From assembly GCA_049512935.1 (NCBI GenBank), contig JBEKWR010000001.1, positions 157,791 to 221,790 on the forward strand: DNA of 64,000 nt. Direction: 5' to 3'. The translations under genes were made by a program, and so were the position numbers. Of this stretch, positions 20,212 through 30,402 are shown piece by piece. This DNA comes from Candidatus Bathyarchaeia archaeon (GTDB lineage: Archaea > Thermoproteota > Bathyarchaeia > Bathyarchaeales > Bathycorpusculaceae). The notes under the pieces were generated by a model. The model made no database searches and was not told the origin of the DNA. It saw nothing but the letters and a program-made list of their open reading frames with translations. How positions within the stretch are numbered: position 1 is the stretch's first letter; every line of letters starts with the position of its first letter.

Positions 20212-20454
20212 AAACACGTCACCTCCAAAGAAACCTTGTAGACTATTTTTTCGCAAAACCTCGGGTTTTTTATCATTCTTCTAGCCTTTAAGAGAACTTT
20301 TAAACATATGTGGCTGCCTCAGCACAGCAACAACGGAGGGAACTTTCTTGATCCAAAATAAACTGTTAACTCTAACAAGAAGTGAGGAAGGCTGAGGCGA
20401 AAGGGAGAGATATGTTGGTTTTAAAACTGAGAATAAGATCAAAGCAAGCTTTAC

Positions 20455-20643
20455 TTACTCATCTTCGTGCTCTTTTCCTGCCAGAATGAGTTTGCGGACT
20501 CTTTGCCCGCCTTTCGGCCCGCCGATCTTTCCGCCTTTGCGGCCTATTTCGCTATAGAATTCTTCACCGTGCGTTTCGGATGTTCTTAATCCGCCTTTCC
20601 TACCCGCCTCTGCGACGGTCATCTTGCCCTTTTCTCGCGACAA
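20455..20643 (-). CDS. GsiB/Em (LEA group 1, KGG-repeat) stress protein
   Basis: MTVAEAGRKGG...EFYSEIGRKGG; GGAGGTGA SD. Confidence 0.85.
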   Translation of the reverse strand: MSREKGKMTVAEAGRKGGLRTSETHGEEFYSEIGRKGGKIGGPKGGQRVRKLILAGKEHEDE

Positions 20644-20725
20644 TCAATTCACCTCCCAAAAACGCCTCAAACTAAAAACAACGCGTAAAAAATAACAAGA
20701 ATAATCCCAAAAAAACGTAGATATT

Positions 20726-21040
20726 TTACTCTTCCATGTGTTCTTTGCCCGCCTGGATCAATTTCCTGACTCTTTGCCCGCCTCTGTGCCCTGCTTCCTC
20801 AAGGCTGGTTTTCCCCTTCGCTTCACTTGTACCCTCATGTTGTTTTGCCCTTTCAGACCCGCCTTTGCTGCCAATCTCACTGTAGAATTCTGGACCTCGC
20901 TCCATGGAAACTTTTTCGCCGCCCTTTCGACCTATTTGCTCATAAAACTCGCGGCCATGTGTTTGAGCGGTTCTTTCTCCGCCTTTCCTACCTGCCTCTG
21001 CGACGGTCATCTTGCCCTTTCTGCTTTCACGCATACTCAA
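20726..21040 (-). CDS. GsiB/Em (LEA group 1, KGG-repeat) stress protein
   Basis: Four KGG-type repeats; GGAGGTGA SD. Confidence 0.87.
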   Translation of the reverse strand: MSMRESRKGKMTVAEAGRKGGERTAQTHGREFYEQIGRKGGEKVSMERGPEFYSEIGSKGGSERAKQHEGTSEAKGKTSLEEAGHRGGQRVRKLIQAGKEHMEE

Positions 21041-21277
21041 AACTCTTCACCTCCATTAAACTGCCGAAAAGTTAACACTATTTAAGCCGAATTACCGCTC
21101 ATAAACTTATGTGGTTGTAACATGACAGTAACATGCCAATAAGCCTTTGAAAATATTTGTGGCTATGAAAGAAATAAACAGAAAACAGATAATTTTAAAA
21201 ATGTTCTATATCATTAGAGCGAAAGAAGTTAATTTAAATATCCCAAGAGGTCAAGTTTATAGTCACTGGGTACATCC

Positions 21278-22759
21278 ATGAAAATACTTCTCATAAATCC
21301 GCCGCAGACATTTTATCCGGGCTCAGAACCGCCAGCGGGCAACCTGCCTCTCGGCTTAATGTACATAGCAGCCACGCTTACCAAAGCGGGTTACCGAACG
21401 GAAATCTTGGATGCATTCATGACTGGCGGCTCATTCCGTAAGATGAATGAAACAACTATCGTTGGCATGAACTTTGAGCAGATAAAGCAGGAAATTGACA
21501 GCCGCAAGCCGGACATTGTTGGTGTGGCAGGCCCTTTCACTTGCCAAATAGAAAACACGGTTAAAGTAAGCGACCTGGCAAAGCAGATTAACCCCGACAT
21601 TTTAACTATTGTAGGCGGACCCCACGTTACCACGGTGCCTAAGGGGTTTCTTGAAGAGGCGCGAAGCGTTGACATCGCAGTGATGGGCGAGGGCGAGTAC
21701 GCCATGCCTGAGATAGCCCAGTATGCTGAAGGGAAAAAAACGATAAGCGAAATTTTGGGCGTCGCTTACCGCAGAGATGGAGAAGTCGCGGTGAATCCTT
21801 CTAGGCCTTTTATTGAAAACTTGGATGAGCTTCCCTACCCAGCCTACGATTTAGTGGACATGGAGCAGTACCTGAGCCCCAAGAAAATAGGTTACCGCAG
21901 CTTCAGGGGCAGGGCGATATCGATGATAACCAGCAGAGGCTGCCCGTTTAACTGCTGTTTCTGCTCGGTTCACTTGCACATGGGCAGGGGTTTCAGAGCG
22001 AACTCCGCAAACTACGTACTGAACCACATTGAACACGTTGTGGAAAAATTCGACGTCAAGAACATCTTCTTTGAAGACGACAACTTGACCTTTGACTTGG
22101 CAAGGTTCGAGGAAATCTGCGATGGCTTAATACAGAAGAAGATCAGGATCGGCTGGGAAACCCCTAACGGGGTGCGTGCAGACTGCTTAAACTTGAATCT
22201 GCTTCAGAAAATGAAGAAGTCAGGCTGCCGCAGCGTCTTTTTCGGCGTTGAGTCAGGCGACCAGCAGATACTGGACAACGTGATTTGCAAGAGGCTCGAC
22301 TTGAACCGTGTGGTTGAAGTTGCGAAGATCTGCAGGGACATCGACCTGAAAACAGGCGCCTTCTACATCATTGGGTTTCCAGGAGAAAAGAAAGAGAACA
22401 TGCAGAAAACGGTTGATTTTGCCCTAAGGCTCAAGCGTGATTTTGACGTCGGCATGCACCTGTTCATGGCTACACCGTCGTATGGAACTAGACTTTATGA
22501 GGAATGCAAATCTAAGGGGTACATTCAGGAAAACTTGGCTTGGGACTCCTTCGCGTCGGCTCGGCAACCCAAAGGCATGCCGCTCATTTCGACACCAGAC
22601 TTTACTCCTGAAGATGTCAAGGAAATAGCCGCTAAGGCGCTTGAGGAATACAAGAAGTTGTCCTTGAGAAATCACCTGAGAAACCCGAGGAAAGCGTTGA
22701 AGACGGCGTTTGAGCAGCCGCAGCTCATTTTGAAGTACGTCAAAGGCTTGTTTTCTTAA
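21278..22759 (+). CDS. B12-binding radical SAM protein
   Basis: PLGL..IAA, GGPH, SRGCPFNCCFC, GVESG. Confidence 0.92.
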   Translation: MKILLINPPQTFYPGSEPPAGNLPLGLMYIAATLTKAGYRTEILDAFMTGGSFRKMNETTIVGMNFEQIKQEIDSRKPDIVGVAGPFTCQIENTVKVSDLAKQINPDILTIVGGPHVTTVPKGFLEEARSVDIAVMGEGEYAMPEIAQYAEGKKTISEILGVAYRRDGEVAVNPSRPFIENLDELPYPAYDLVDMEQYLSPKKIGYRSFRGRAISMITSRGCPFNCCFCSVHLHMGRGFRANSANYVLNHIEHVVEKFDVKNIFFEDDNLTFDLARFEEICDGLIQKKIRIGWETPNGVRADCLNLNLLQKMKKSGCRSVFFGVESGDQQILDNVICKRLDLNRVVEVAKICRDIDLKTGAFYIIGFPGEKKENMQKTVDFALRLKRDFDVGMHLFMATPSYGTRLYEECKSKGYIQENLAWDSFASARQPKGMPLISTPDFTPEDVKEIAAKALEEYKKLSLRNHLRNPRKALKTAFEQPQLILKYVKGLFS

Positions 22760-22856
22760 AATTCCCTGTTTCCGCACAGGTTTCGCCGTTTTTGTTTGTG
22801 CGAGTGCCGAGCAGGGAAGTGATCATCTAAACTCCGAAAAAAGCCGCTGAAAAAGC

Positions 22857-22982
22857 TTAGTACACTACTTTGAATTTGAATCCGCAATTGTCACAGGCGT
22901 AAAGTGCAATACGAAAAGACGAGTTTTCAATTTTCCGTTCAGGCTTGGTAAGGTTCTTTCCGCACTTTTGGCAACTAACCAT
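22857..22982 (-). CDS. Small zinc-ribbon protein (41 aa); below ORF-track cutoff
   Basis: MVSCQKCGKNLTKPERKIENSSFRIALYACDNCGFKFKVVY with two CxxCG knuckles. Confidence 0.65.
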   Translation of the reverse strand: MVSCQKCGKNLTKPERKIENSSFRIALYACDNCGFKFKVVY

Positions 22983-23171
22983 GCAGGCACACCTCTAAAT
23001 AGTTTGGCACTACTGCGCATACGCAATATATCAACACTTGTTGTCACACTCAAGCAACCACAAACTCGAAAAAACAAAAGTCAAGTTGCAGCCCACCAAA
23101 AACCCAGACGCTACGGTTGAACTACAACTAGTTTAATATCCTAAAACACGCGGTTTCTTGTAAGGATAGCA

Positions 23172-25577
23172 ATGAAAAAACGCCGGTATGTGCTAATTGC
23201 CCTGATTTCACTAATCCTAATTCAATCTTTCTGGGCAACGGGGGCTTTAGGCAGCAACGCAAGTTCCAGCAGCGGCAACTGGACGATGTTCCGTCAAAAC
23301 CCTAGCCACAGTGGCTATGCGGCGGATAGCAGTTCAACTGCTTCTGCTCAGCTACTTTGGAGTTACACAACAGGCAGAATGGTACAGTCTTCCCCCTCTG
23401 TGGCTTTCGGCTGTGTTTTTGTTGGCTCAAGAGACAGCCAGGTCTACTGCCTCAACGATTCAAACGGTGAAGTAATCTGGAAGTACCCTATCAGATATGA
23501 AGTGTGGTCGTCTCCAGCAGTCTACGATGGCAACGTCTACATAGGCGCCGACGACGGTTACATTTACTGCCTAAACATCACAAATGGAACGCCGCTCTGG
23601 CGAACACCCTTGACTGGAGGTCCAGTTCGGTCTTCACCAACGGTTATCGACGGCGTTGTCTACGCGAGCTCACAGAGCGACCTGTCTGCTCTTAACGCTA
23701 CTGACGGGGGCACGTTATGGAATCTGCAGAATTTGAACCCGATAGATTCCTCACCGGCAGTTTCAAACGGCGCAGTCTACATCGCCAGCGCCGACGGGCA
23801 CATTTACGCCTTCAACGCGTCCACTGGCGGCAAAATTTGGAGTTTCCATGCCAGAACCTCTGACTCTTCTTCGCCAGCCGTATCCAACGGCCTTGTTTAC
23901 ATCGGTTCGTACGACGGAGACATTTACTGTTTGAACGCTTCCACGGGCGCCCAGGTTTGGAGGTACCAGACAGCGGATGAGGTGGAGTCTTCCCCAGCCA
24001 TCGCTTACGGCTGCGTTTACGTTGGCTCAGACGACAATAACGTTTACTGCCTAAACGCTTCCACGGGCGGCAAGATTTGGCAGAGCCCGACTGGATACTG
24101 GGTTACGTCTTCTCCAGCGGTCGCAGGCGGCAACGTTTACGTTGGCTCTGAAGACGGCAACATCTACTGCTTCAACGCCGCCACGGGAGCCAAGCAATGG
24201 AGCTACCAGACTGGAAACTTCGTGGAGTCTTCGCCTGCAATCGCAAACAACATCCTGTATGTCGGTTCAGACGATGACAAAGTTTACGCTTTAGCCTTAA
24301 ACAACTCAACGGCTCAGCCTCAACCTAAGCAAGCAGCTAATGCTTTGCCGTGGACAACCATAGCGTTTGACACCATCGCCTGCGTTATCGGAGGGGCAAT
24401 CATTTTTGCGTTGGCACAATCAGCTTATTACGGCAGACGAAAGCGAAAAAGTGAACCAAACGCCGTTTCAAGTCAAAAATACGGTTGGCTAAAAGAACAT
24501 TATGACACCGTTTTCATTCTGGCAATCTTGGCTATATCACTGATTTTCTTCGTTAACCTGGGAAGCGGGGTTCTTCAAGTTTCCGACGAGCAAACCTACT
24601 CTCAATGGGCGTACCACATGGTCAAAACAGGAGACTACCTGACCCCTTGGGCTTACGGCGCCGTATCTTTCGACATAAGCAAGCCGCCGCTGACCATGTG
24701 GCTGATGTCTCTGGCGTACCAAGTTTTCGGCGTAAACAACTTTGCTTCAAGAATCTGGAGCGCCACCCTCGGCGCACTCTCACTGGTTCTTGTCTACTAC
24801 TTGGGAAAGAAACTCTACAATCCCGCCGTTGGGTTCCTGTCCGCCGTGGTTTTAGGAACCTTTGTAACCTTCTGGGTGTTCGCAAAATACGCCATGACCG
24901 ACATCCCGCTTGTCTGCTTCCTTCTCGGCAGCATCTACTTTCTGGTTCTAAGCGAGGACAAGGAAAAAACCAGCCGAAACGGGACGGTGTACGCTGTTTT
25001 GAGCGGTTTGTTTTTTGGGTTGGCGTTGATGACTAAGCAGATTGATGCTCTGCTGATTCCCCTCGTCATGTTCGCATACTTCGCGGCGACACAGAGAAGC
25101 CTGCGGTTCCTGTTCACAAAACGTTTCCTGCTTTTTTTGGGAGTCGGGCTTCTCGTATTTTCGCCCTGGCTGATTTACATGGGTACCCGTTTCGGTTCGC
25201 AGTTCTGGCAGGGATACTTCGTCTACGCCGACTTCACTCGGACAGCCAGCCCGCTTGACGGCCACTCCGGAGGCTACCTGTTCTACTTCAGCTACCTGAT
25301 CAACAGGGAAAACTGGGTTTGGGTCGTCTTGCTACCGTTCGCGGCGGGGCTCTGCGCCTTCAACGGGTTCATCAAGCGCGTAAAACAGGACACCTTGATT
25401 TTCCTTTGGATGGCAATCGTGCTGGTTGTGTTCACTTTGGCGCAGACGAAAATCTACTGGTACATCCTCCCAGCTTTCCCCGCGTTCGCCATAGCCATCG
25501 CCAGCCTACTATACCAGTTGGCAAACAGAATATTCCAACGCTACCCACGCATAGATCCTACAAAGCGCCTAAAGTAG
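23172..25577 (+). CDS. PQQ-like beta-propeller fused to ArnT/PMT (GT39/GT83-type) membrane glycosyltransferase
   Basis: Signal peptide, about 8 SSPAV..G.VY.GS.D repeats, then DE motif, KPPL, multi-TM region, KIYWYILP. Confidence 0.88.
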   Translation: MKKRRYVLIALISLILIQSFWATGALGSNASSSSGNWTMFRQNPSHSGYAADSSSTASAQLLWSYTTGRMVQSSPSVAFGCVFVGSRDSQVYCLNDSNGEVIWKYPIRYEVWSSPAVYDGNVYIGADDGYIYCLNITNGTPLWRTPLTGGPVRSSPTVIDGVVYASSQSDLSALNATDGGTLWNLQNLNPIDSSPAVSNGAVYIASADGHIYAFNASTGGKIWSFHARTSDSSSPAVSNGLVYIGSYDGDIYCLNASTGAQVWRYQTADEVESSPAIAYGCVYVGSDDNNVYCLNASTGGKIWQSPTGYWVTSSPAVAGGNVYVGSEDGNIYCFNAATGAKQWSYQTGNFVESSPAIANNILYVGSDDDKVYALALNNSTAQPQPKQAANALPWTTIAFDTIACVIGGAIIFALAQSAYYGRRKRKSEPNAVSSQKYGWLKEHYDTVFILAILAISLIFFVNLGSGVLQVSDEQTYSQWAYHMVKTGDYLTPWAYGAVSFDISKPPLTMWLMSLAYQVFGVNNFASRIWSATLGALSLVLVYYLGKKLYNPAVGFLSAVVLGTFVTFWVFAKYAMTDIPLVCFLLGSIYFLVLSEDKEKTSRNGTVYAVLSGLFFGLALMTKQIDALLIPLVMFAYFAATQRSLRFLFTKRFLLFLGVGLLVFSPWLIYMGTRFGSQFWQGYFVYADFTRTASPLDGHSGGYLFYFSYLINRENWVWVVLLPFAAGLCAFNGFIKRVKQDTLIFLWMAIVLVVFTLAQTKIYWYILPAFPAFAIAIASLLYQLANRIFQRYPRIDPTKRLK

Positions 25578-25689
25578 TCATGTTCTTTGCAGGAGAGGCG
25601 GACACGCTGAGAAGAGTCGTTTGGATAAAGTGAGAACTCAAGTTTATCAGATTGAAATTATTATTTCTAACGACGAGCTGACAGGAGAA

Positions 25690-26460
25690 ATGCAAGTTAC
25701 CCAATTGCTCAGTGCATCTGACATCAACTTTGTCTTTCCAGTTGGCTTCTCGTTTTTTGAACCTTACCTAGCATATCACACAAAAGAAATTCTGGAAATA
25801 GGCGGTGAAGCTTACGTAACCAGAACTCCCGACGGAGTTACCTCAGGCTTATTCATTTACGACGGCTCCGAGAAGAGCGGAACAATTTACACACGGTCAA
25901 GAGAAATATTTGATTACTTTTATGAGTTAAAACCGTTTAATTGGCTCTTCTCTGAGATGCAAACTGAGCTCGAAAGCGAAATCTACGATATTTACACTGT
26001 GGACCTTGAGAATCTTGCCCTTGTTCACAGGTTCAGCTATGAAATTTCCATGGCGGAGAAGGGGCAGACAGGTGAGATAGAACGGTTCATGGCTTCAACC
26101 CATCCGGGGATAAACAAGAGGTGGGTCAGTGTCGCGCTTGAAAACGGGGAAAGATGCTTCACTGTTAGGCTAAGCGGCGAGATTGCTGGGTTAGGTTGGG
26201 TCTCGCTTGTGAATGGTGTTGGAAGACTGCACTCTCTTTATGTGAAGCCTCAACTTAGGAGAATAGGCGTAGGTGAAGACATTTTGAATGCGCGGCTTCT
26301 CTGGCTTAAGTCAAAGCATGCCCGTTCAGCATTCTGCGAAATTTCCCGTTACAACGTGGCTTCTTCAGGAAACGTTACAAAAGCGCACATGAGGGTGTCT
26401 GGACAGGTTTTTCAGTATTTTAGGAAGAACTTGGATAGAAAGAGGGAAATGAAAAGTTAG
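25690..26460 (+). CDS. GNAT family acetyltransferase
   Basis: LYVKPQLRRIGVG motif A; ATG at 25690 after AGGAG. Confidence 0.82.
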   Translation: MQVTQLLSASDINFVFPVGFSFFEPYLAYHTKEILEIGGEAYVTRTPDGVTSGLFIYDGSEKSGTIYTRSREIFDYFYELKPFNWLFSEMQTELESEIYDIYTVDLENLALVHRFSYEISMAEKGQTGEIERFMASTHPGINKRWVSVALENGERCFTVRLSGEIAGLGWVSLVNGVGRLHSLYVKPQLRRIGVGEDILNARLLWLKSKHARSAFCEISRYNVASSGNVTKAHMRVSGQVFQYFRKNLDRKREMKS

Positions 26461-26469
26461 TACATGTAT

Positions 26470-27501
26470 CTATGTTCTGGGAGCTCCGCATTGAGGGCAG
26501 GTCTGAGCTGTGGAGTCTATTAGTGCTCCGCAGTAACGGCATTTTACCTTCACAACCTCTTTAATCACGATCTGCTGCACCGGCGGCTGCTTCGGAGTCA
26601 AATCAATATTCTCAGGCGGCGGACCTGTTGGAGGGGGCGGCTCTTGGTAGGGTTGCTCGTAAGAATGCTTCGGAAGTTTTCTTCTGCTTCTTCTTGAAAG
26701 CGCGTAGATGAGAATTGCAATTACTATGAGAACTATGATTATTGCAATAATGTAATTGACGTATTGTGTTGAACTTGAATTTCCTCCGCTTGGGGTGCTG
26801 GCAGCCGCCGTTAGCGGATAGCTGGTTGAAGTCACGTAGAGGGTTTCGGTGTAGGTGAACCCGGTTCCAGAGGGGCTGGTGTCCTGTTCATTGTAGCTGT
26901 ATCCTACGATGTATCCTGAGGACGGGTCAAAGTAGGCTTTCCATGTGTAGTCGGCGGTGAATTGTCCGTATACGTCGTTTCGTTGATAGTTTGAGGTTCC
27001 TTGAGCAAAGATCACGTTCACGTTTCTGTTCTGCGAAGGAAGGTAGTAGCTGTAGGTCCTAGAAATGACTGTCATCACGGTGTTTAGAAGGGTAAAGGTA
27101 CCGCCCTTCGGGATCGAGTTATCCATACAGAACCAGACAGTGGGGTTAACGTATCCAGTCTGATCGTCAGTTCCGTTGACGTATAGGAAAGTGACTGGTG
27201 AAAAGGTGAAATCTCCCGATGGGCTTCCAGTTTCTGTCGTGCCCGAGCTGTTGCTCCAGGTATAGGAGTAACTGTAGCGAGCGGATACAGTTCCGTCTGC
27301 GTTGACGCCATTTATTGTTTCTGATCCGTTATATGCTGCCTGTTCGCTGTATCCAGCGTAACCGCCGGTGCCGCTTCCAAGAGTTGTAACCTCGTAATAG
27401 CTGAAATGATCTCCAACATGAGGAGTGTAAGCTGCGGCGAAGGGAGCTGCGAAGAGTGCTAGGAAAAGGGAAAGTATGATTACGAAGGACTTTGAGTTCA
27501 A
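26470..27501 (-). CDS. Single-pass membrane protein with C-terminal zinc ribbon
   Basis: Signal peptide, Thr/Tyr-rich ectodomain, TM, Pro-rich linker, CRYCG...CPQCG. Confidence 0.8.
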   Translation of the reverse strand: MNSKSFVIILSLFLALFAAPFAAAYTPHVGDHFSYYEVTTLGSGTGGYAGYSEQAAYNGSETINGVNADGTVSARYSYSYTWSNSSGTTETGSPSGDFTFSPVTFLYVNGTDDQTGYVNPTVWFCMDNSIPKGGTFTLLNTVMTVISRTYSYYLPSQNRNVNVIFAQGTSNYQRNDVYGQFTADYTWKAYFDPSSGYIVGYSYNEQDTSPSGTGFTYTETLYVTSTSYPLTAAASTPSGGNSSSTQYVNYIIAIIIVLIVIAILIYALSRRSRRKLPKHSYEQPYQEPPPPTGPPPENIDLTPKQPPVQQIVIKEVVKVKCRYCGALIDSTAQTCPQCGAPRT

Positions 27502-29054
27502 CCCATGAAACCTCCTACGCCGTGAACATGGGCTAGATGGAAGCCTCCGATGCCGCTGTATATTGAATAGTAAGATGAGTGTGCGACAATCAGGGGCACA
27601 TAGTATATGAAGAAAACATTTGCTGGGACATAGGTGAACTGCACCGGAGTTTTCACAATATTCGCGGTTGGATCAAGTTGCTTTACAAGTTCATTTTTGA
27701 TTCCATGAATCATCATTACTGCAAGGCTTATCATTTCAGAACGTTCTAGATCTGAAGCGTAAGACCCAAGCAAAGAACATGCCTTTTCCATCAGGTCAAG
27801 AGTCTCGTTAGCTTCAAGCGTCGGTATTGAAGTAAGTACTGCGGAAGCTACAAGTGGAAACTCCAGGTAATTCCTAAGTCCACTTATAATTATTGCCATC
27901 TTCGATTTCACATCATCTGGTCCCAAATCGGAAATCGATAAGTAGGCAGAAGCAAGTTCGGTATCTTCTGATACCTCATACCCCCAGGACTTAAATAATG
28001 ACCTAAATGACTGGAACTTGCCCGCTATTTGGTCTGAAGGCACATTGATTATTGAAAGTATTGCAGCTGACTCAAACGAGGAGGTCATCTTGGAAAATTC
28101 CACAAATCTGTCAGTAGGATATGTGCCGTCAAATCTCCGCCCAAACAAGACAGTGGCGGCAACGCCGACCGAGAGTAGTTTAGGAACGTGGGCGTCATGC
28201 CTAAGTTGATGATCAAGACTAACCAAAATTTTTGACTGTTCCTCAAGATCAGAATTGGTTGCAGATTGTGTGGGATCGGCTCTTGATGATGTCATGATTT
28301 CTCCTGCCATCATCTTATTTTGAAGGGTGCAATCAAAATGTTTGAGAAGGTCAAGAGCACAAATAAATCTTTGACCGATTAGGTCGGGGTCGCCTTGAAG
28401 CTTGGCCAAACCTATTGATACGCTCCAGAGTTGAGAAAGATCCATTTCTGGAAATCTAGTTCTTAGGTTAGACACGTGAAAGCTGCCTCTTCCTGCTATC
28501 GAACGCAATTCGCCAGTTGTCTCTTGGCTTTCTTCGATGAAGTCTGAAAATTCATTGCCAGACACCCTATAATTTCTGACATTGAGATCGTTCAGCGTAG
28601 TAACCCCCAGACCGGTAAGTGACAGATAATTGCCGCCGTACGGCACCATCCTGTCAACTATGGATTTCTTCTGAATAAGCTGGTTTATCATGGTGTCTCG
28701 TTCAGCTATGTCTGCATCTATTTTTGAAACAACGTTCTTTTCGCTTTCTACTTTTTCACGTTCAGCTTCCTTATCCTCTTTTCCTTCAAAAAGAAACTTG
28801 ATTGAATGAGTTTTCCTCTGCTCTTCGTCCAAAGCCGCCTTTGCGGTTCTGTCAGCGTTCTCTTCGTTAGCCAAGTCCATGTTCATCTGCGTCAAGTTTG
28901 AAACTTCGGCTAAAGCATTATCGTAATCTTTTTTTTGCATGACTGAAAGGTAGCCGTCACCGGATAGAAAATCCATGTCGGTTTGTTGAATCTGCATTGA
29001 AATTGATTTTCCAGCTATCTGGGACAAAAATGTTCTTACATCATCGCACTTCAT
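27498..29054 (-). CDS. Hypothetical protein with coiled coil and helical repeats
   Basis: 518 aa ORF coupled to neighbours; Gly-rich C-terminus. Confidence 0.8.
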   Translation of the reverse strand: MKCDDVRTFLSQIAGKSISMQIQQTDMDFLSGDGYLSVMQKKDYDNALAEVSNLTQMNMDLANEENADRTAKAALDEEQRKTHSIKFLFEGKEDKEAEREKVESEKNVVSKIDADIAERDTMINQLIQKKSIVDRMVPYGGNYLSLTGLGVTTLNDLNVRNYRVSGNEFSDFIEESQETTGELRSIAGRGSFHVSNLRTRFPEMDLSQLWSVSIGLAKLQGDPDLIGQRFICALDLLKHFDCTLQNKMMAGEIMTSSRADPTQSATNSDLEEQSKILVSLDHQLRHDAHVPKLLSVGVAATVLFGRRFDGTYPTDRFVEFSKMTSSFESAAILSIINVPSDQIAGKFQSFRSLFKSWGYEVSEDTELASAYLSISDLGPDDVKSKMAIIISGLRNYLEFPLVASAVLTSIPTLEANETLDLMEKACSLLGSYASDLERSEMISLAVMMIHGIKNELVKQLDPTANIVKTPVQFTYVPANVFFIYYVPLIVAHSSYYSIYSGIGGFHLAHVHGVGGFMG

Positions 29055-29059
29055 TTCTA

Positions 29060-30229
29060 TTACCTATCCATGATTGGGAATTTCTCAGTTAAACGTTGCT
29101 CCCCAAGAATGTTACCGACGACCAGCTTAAGGCTTTGTCCCTCACTTGCAAGGTCAACAACTTCATCATCCTTGAGAGCCTCTTTGAGGAGATATTCGAA
29201 CTGCACTTTCCTGTCGGTCACATCGCCGAACCTTGCGATTCGTTCTCGTTCTATCTGTTCATACGCATACATGAATTCGTATAGCGACCTGTATATCTGG
29301 TCGTCTATCTTCTCCGAGATTTTCTTTTCCTCGACAGTTATCCATTCCAAGCCTTCAAGATCTACGAAATAAATAGTGCCATCCGGAGCAAGGACCGCAT
29401 CCTTGTCCAGCCAGACATCATAGAAATCCAACCCACAGAAAGATCCGTCTTCGTTGCTTTTTATTGTCCTAGGGAACAGAGTAAGGTACGCGATGCCACT
29501 TTTAATGAAATTCTTCAGAAAATCTTCTGCTTTATCATTGCTGTCTATTCCAAACAGGTCAAAAACTGAGCGTATGTTCCCGCCGATAGTGCTCCCAGAA
29601 TGAAAATAAATCCGCACATTAGAAGGAACCAACCTTAATTCCTGAACCATTCTGCCGCTGAATCTGCGGTACCAAAATATTTTTTTGACTTCACTCTCAA
29701 GGTCTTCAGGAAGGAAAACAATTTTCACAACTGGTGCAACTCGAAATCCGTGAATCGAAGTAAGGTCGGCCATTTCTGAAACTCTCAGCGAAGTTGTTGC
29801 GTGCTCAAGACCTTGCCCACCGTACGGGGAACCTCTTAACCACAATTCCCCTGTAAGGTATCGTGGTGCGATTCCCTCGGAATTCACGATTCTGTCCTTC
29901 AGCGTTGAATCCGTCAATAAGCTGCATATTTCAGCTTTCCCGAGAAGCTGAGTTGAAAACGGGTTGGTTGTTGAACCTATGCCTTTAATGGAAAGGTAAA
30001 AGTCTGTGCCGTCCATTTTCAAAAGGGGAAAAGTTGAAACTGCTCCTCTGTTATCGTCCGCAATAAACTCCTTCGTGCTCATGGGGTTGAGAGATGTGAA
30101 AGGCCGCATGCTCTCGGGAAGGTAAAACCTTTCAAATTCAGGGCTTCTGAATTGTTGAAAATTCTTGTTTGCCAGCGTTTCAGAGGCTTCATAAACGTTC
30201 AGATTGAGGGGCGAACCTTTCAGCTTCAT
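29060..30229 (-). CDS. Hypothetical protein, possible atypical kinase (SelO-like) fold
   Basis: SIKGIG.T.NPFS, PSNVR and IYFVDLE motifs. Confidence 0.7.
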   Translation of the reverse strand: MKLKGSPLNLNVYEASETLANKNFQQFRSPEFERFYLPESMRPFTSLNPMSTKEFIADDNRGAVSTFPLLKMDGTDFYLSIKGIGSTTNPFSTQLLGKAEICSLLTDSTLKDRIVNSEGIAPRYLTGELWLRGSPYGGQGLEHATTSLRVSEMADLTSIHGFRVAPVVKIVFLPEDLESEVKKIFWYRRFSGRMVQELRLVPSNVRIYFHSGSTIGGNIRSVFDLFGIDSNDKAEDFLKNFIKSGIAYLTLFPRTIKSNEDGSFCGLDFYDVWLDKDAVLAPDGTIYFVDLEGLEWITVEEKKISEKIDDQIYRSLYEFMYAYEQIERERIARFGDVTDRKVQFEYLLKEALKDDEVVDLASEGQSLKLVVGNILGEQRLTEKFPIMDR

Positions 30230-30374
30230 GGGGCATTCGGCACTTTTTATGGATGGTTTAACACTTAAGCCTTCTTGTCTGATGTTCTAACCAGTGCCAG
30301 CAGGTCTCAAATCTCAAATAGACAAAGTCTCCATCGACTCACCTTTAAAGAAAGTTCAGGTGGCGAGTCCGCTG

Positions 30375-30402
30375 GGATTCATTTGAAATATTAAGCGAAT
30401 CC
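30375..30402. repeat. 28-bp pseudo-palindromic att-like site, copy 1
   Basis: GGATTCATTTG-AAATAT-TAAGCGAATCC. Confidence 0.75.

Noticed and set aside
19659-21040. DNA repeats as CRISPR or non-coding repeats
   Set aside because: Explained by paralogous KGG-repeat coding sequences with SD sites
22865-23077. 70-aa ORF from the track
   Set aside because: Overlaps a more convincing zinc-ribbon ORF in another frame (22857-22982)
23380-24300. About 120-bp DNA periodicity
   Set aside because: Explained by beta-propeller blade repeats in the CDS
30361-30402. Second tRNA gene
   Set aside because: Only a 19-bp 3' fragment; no D or anticodon arm
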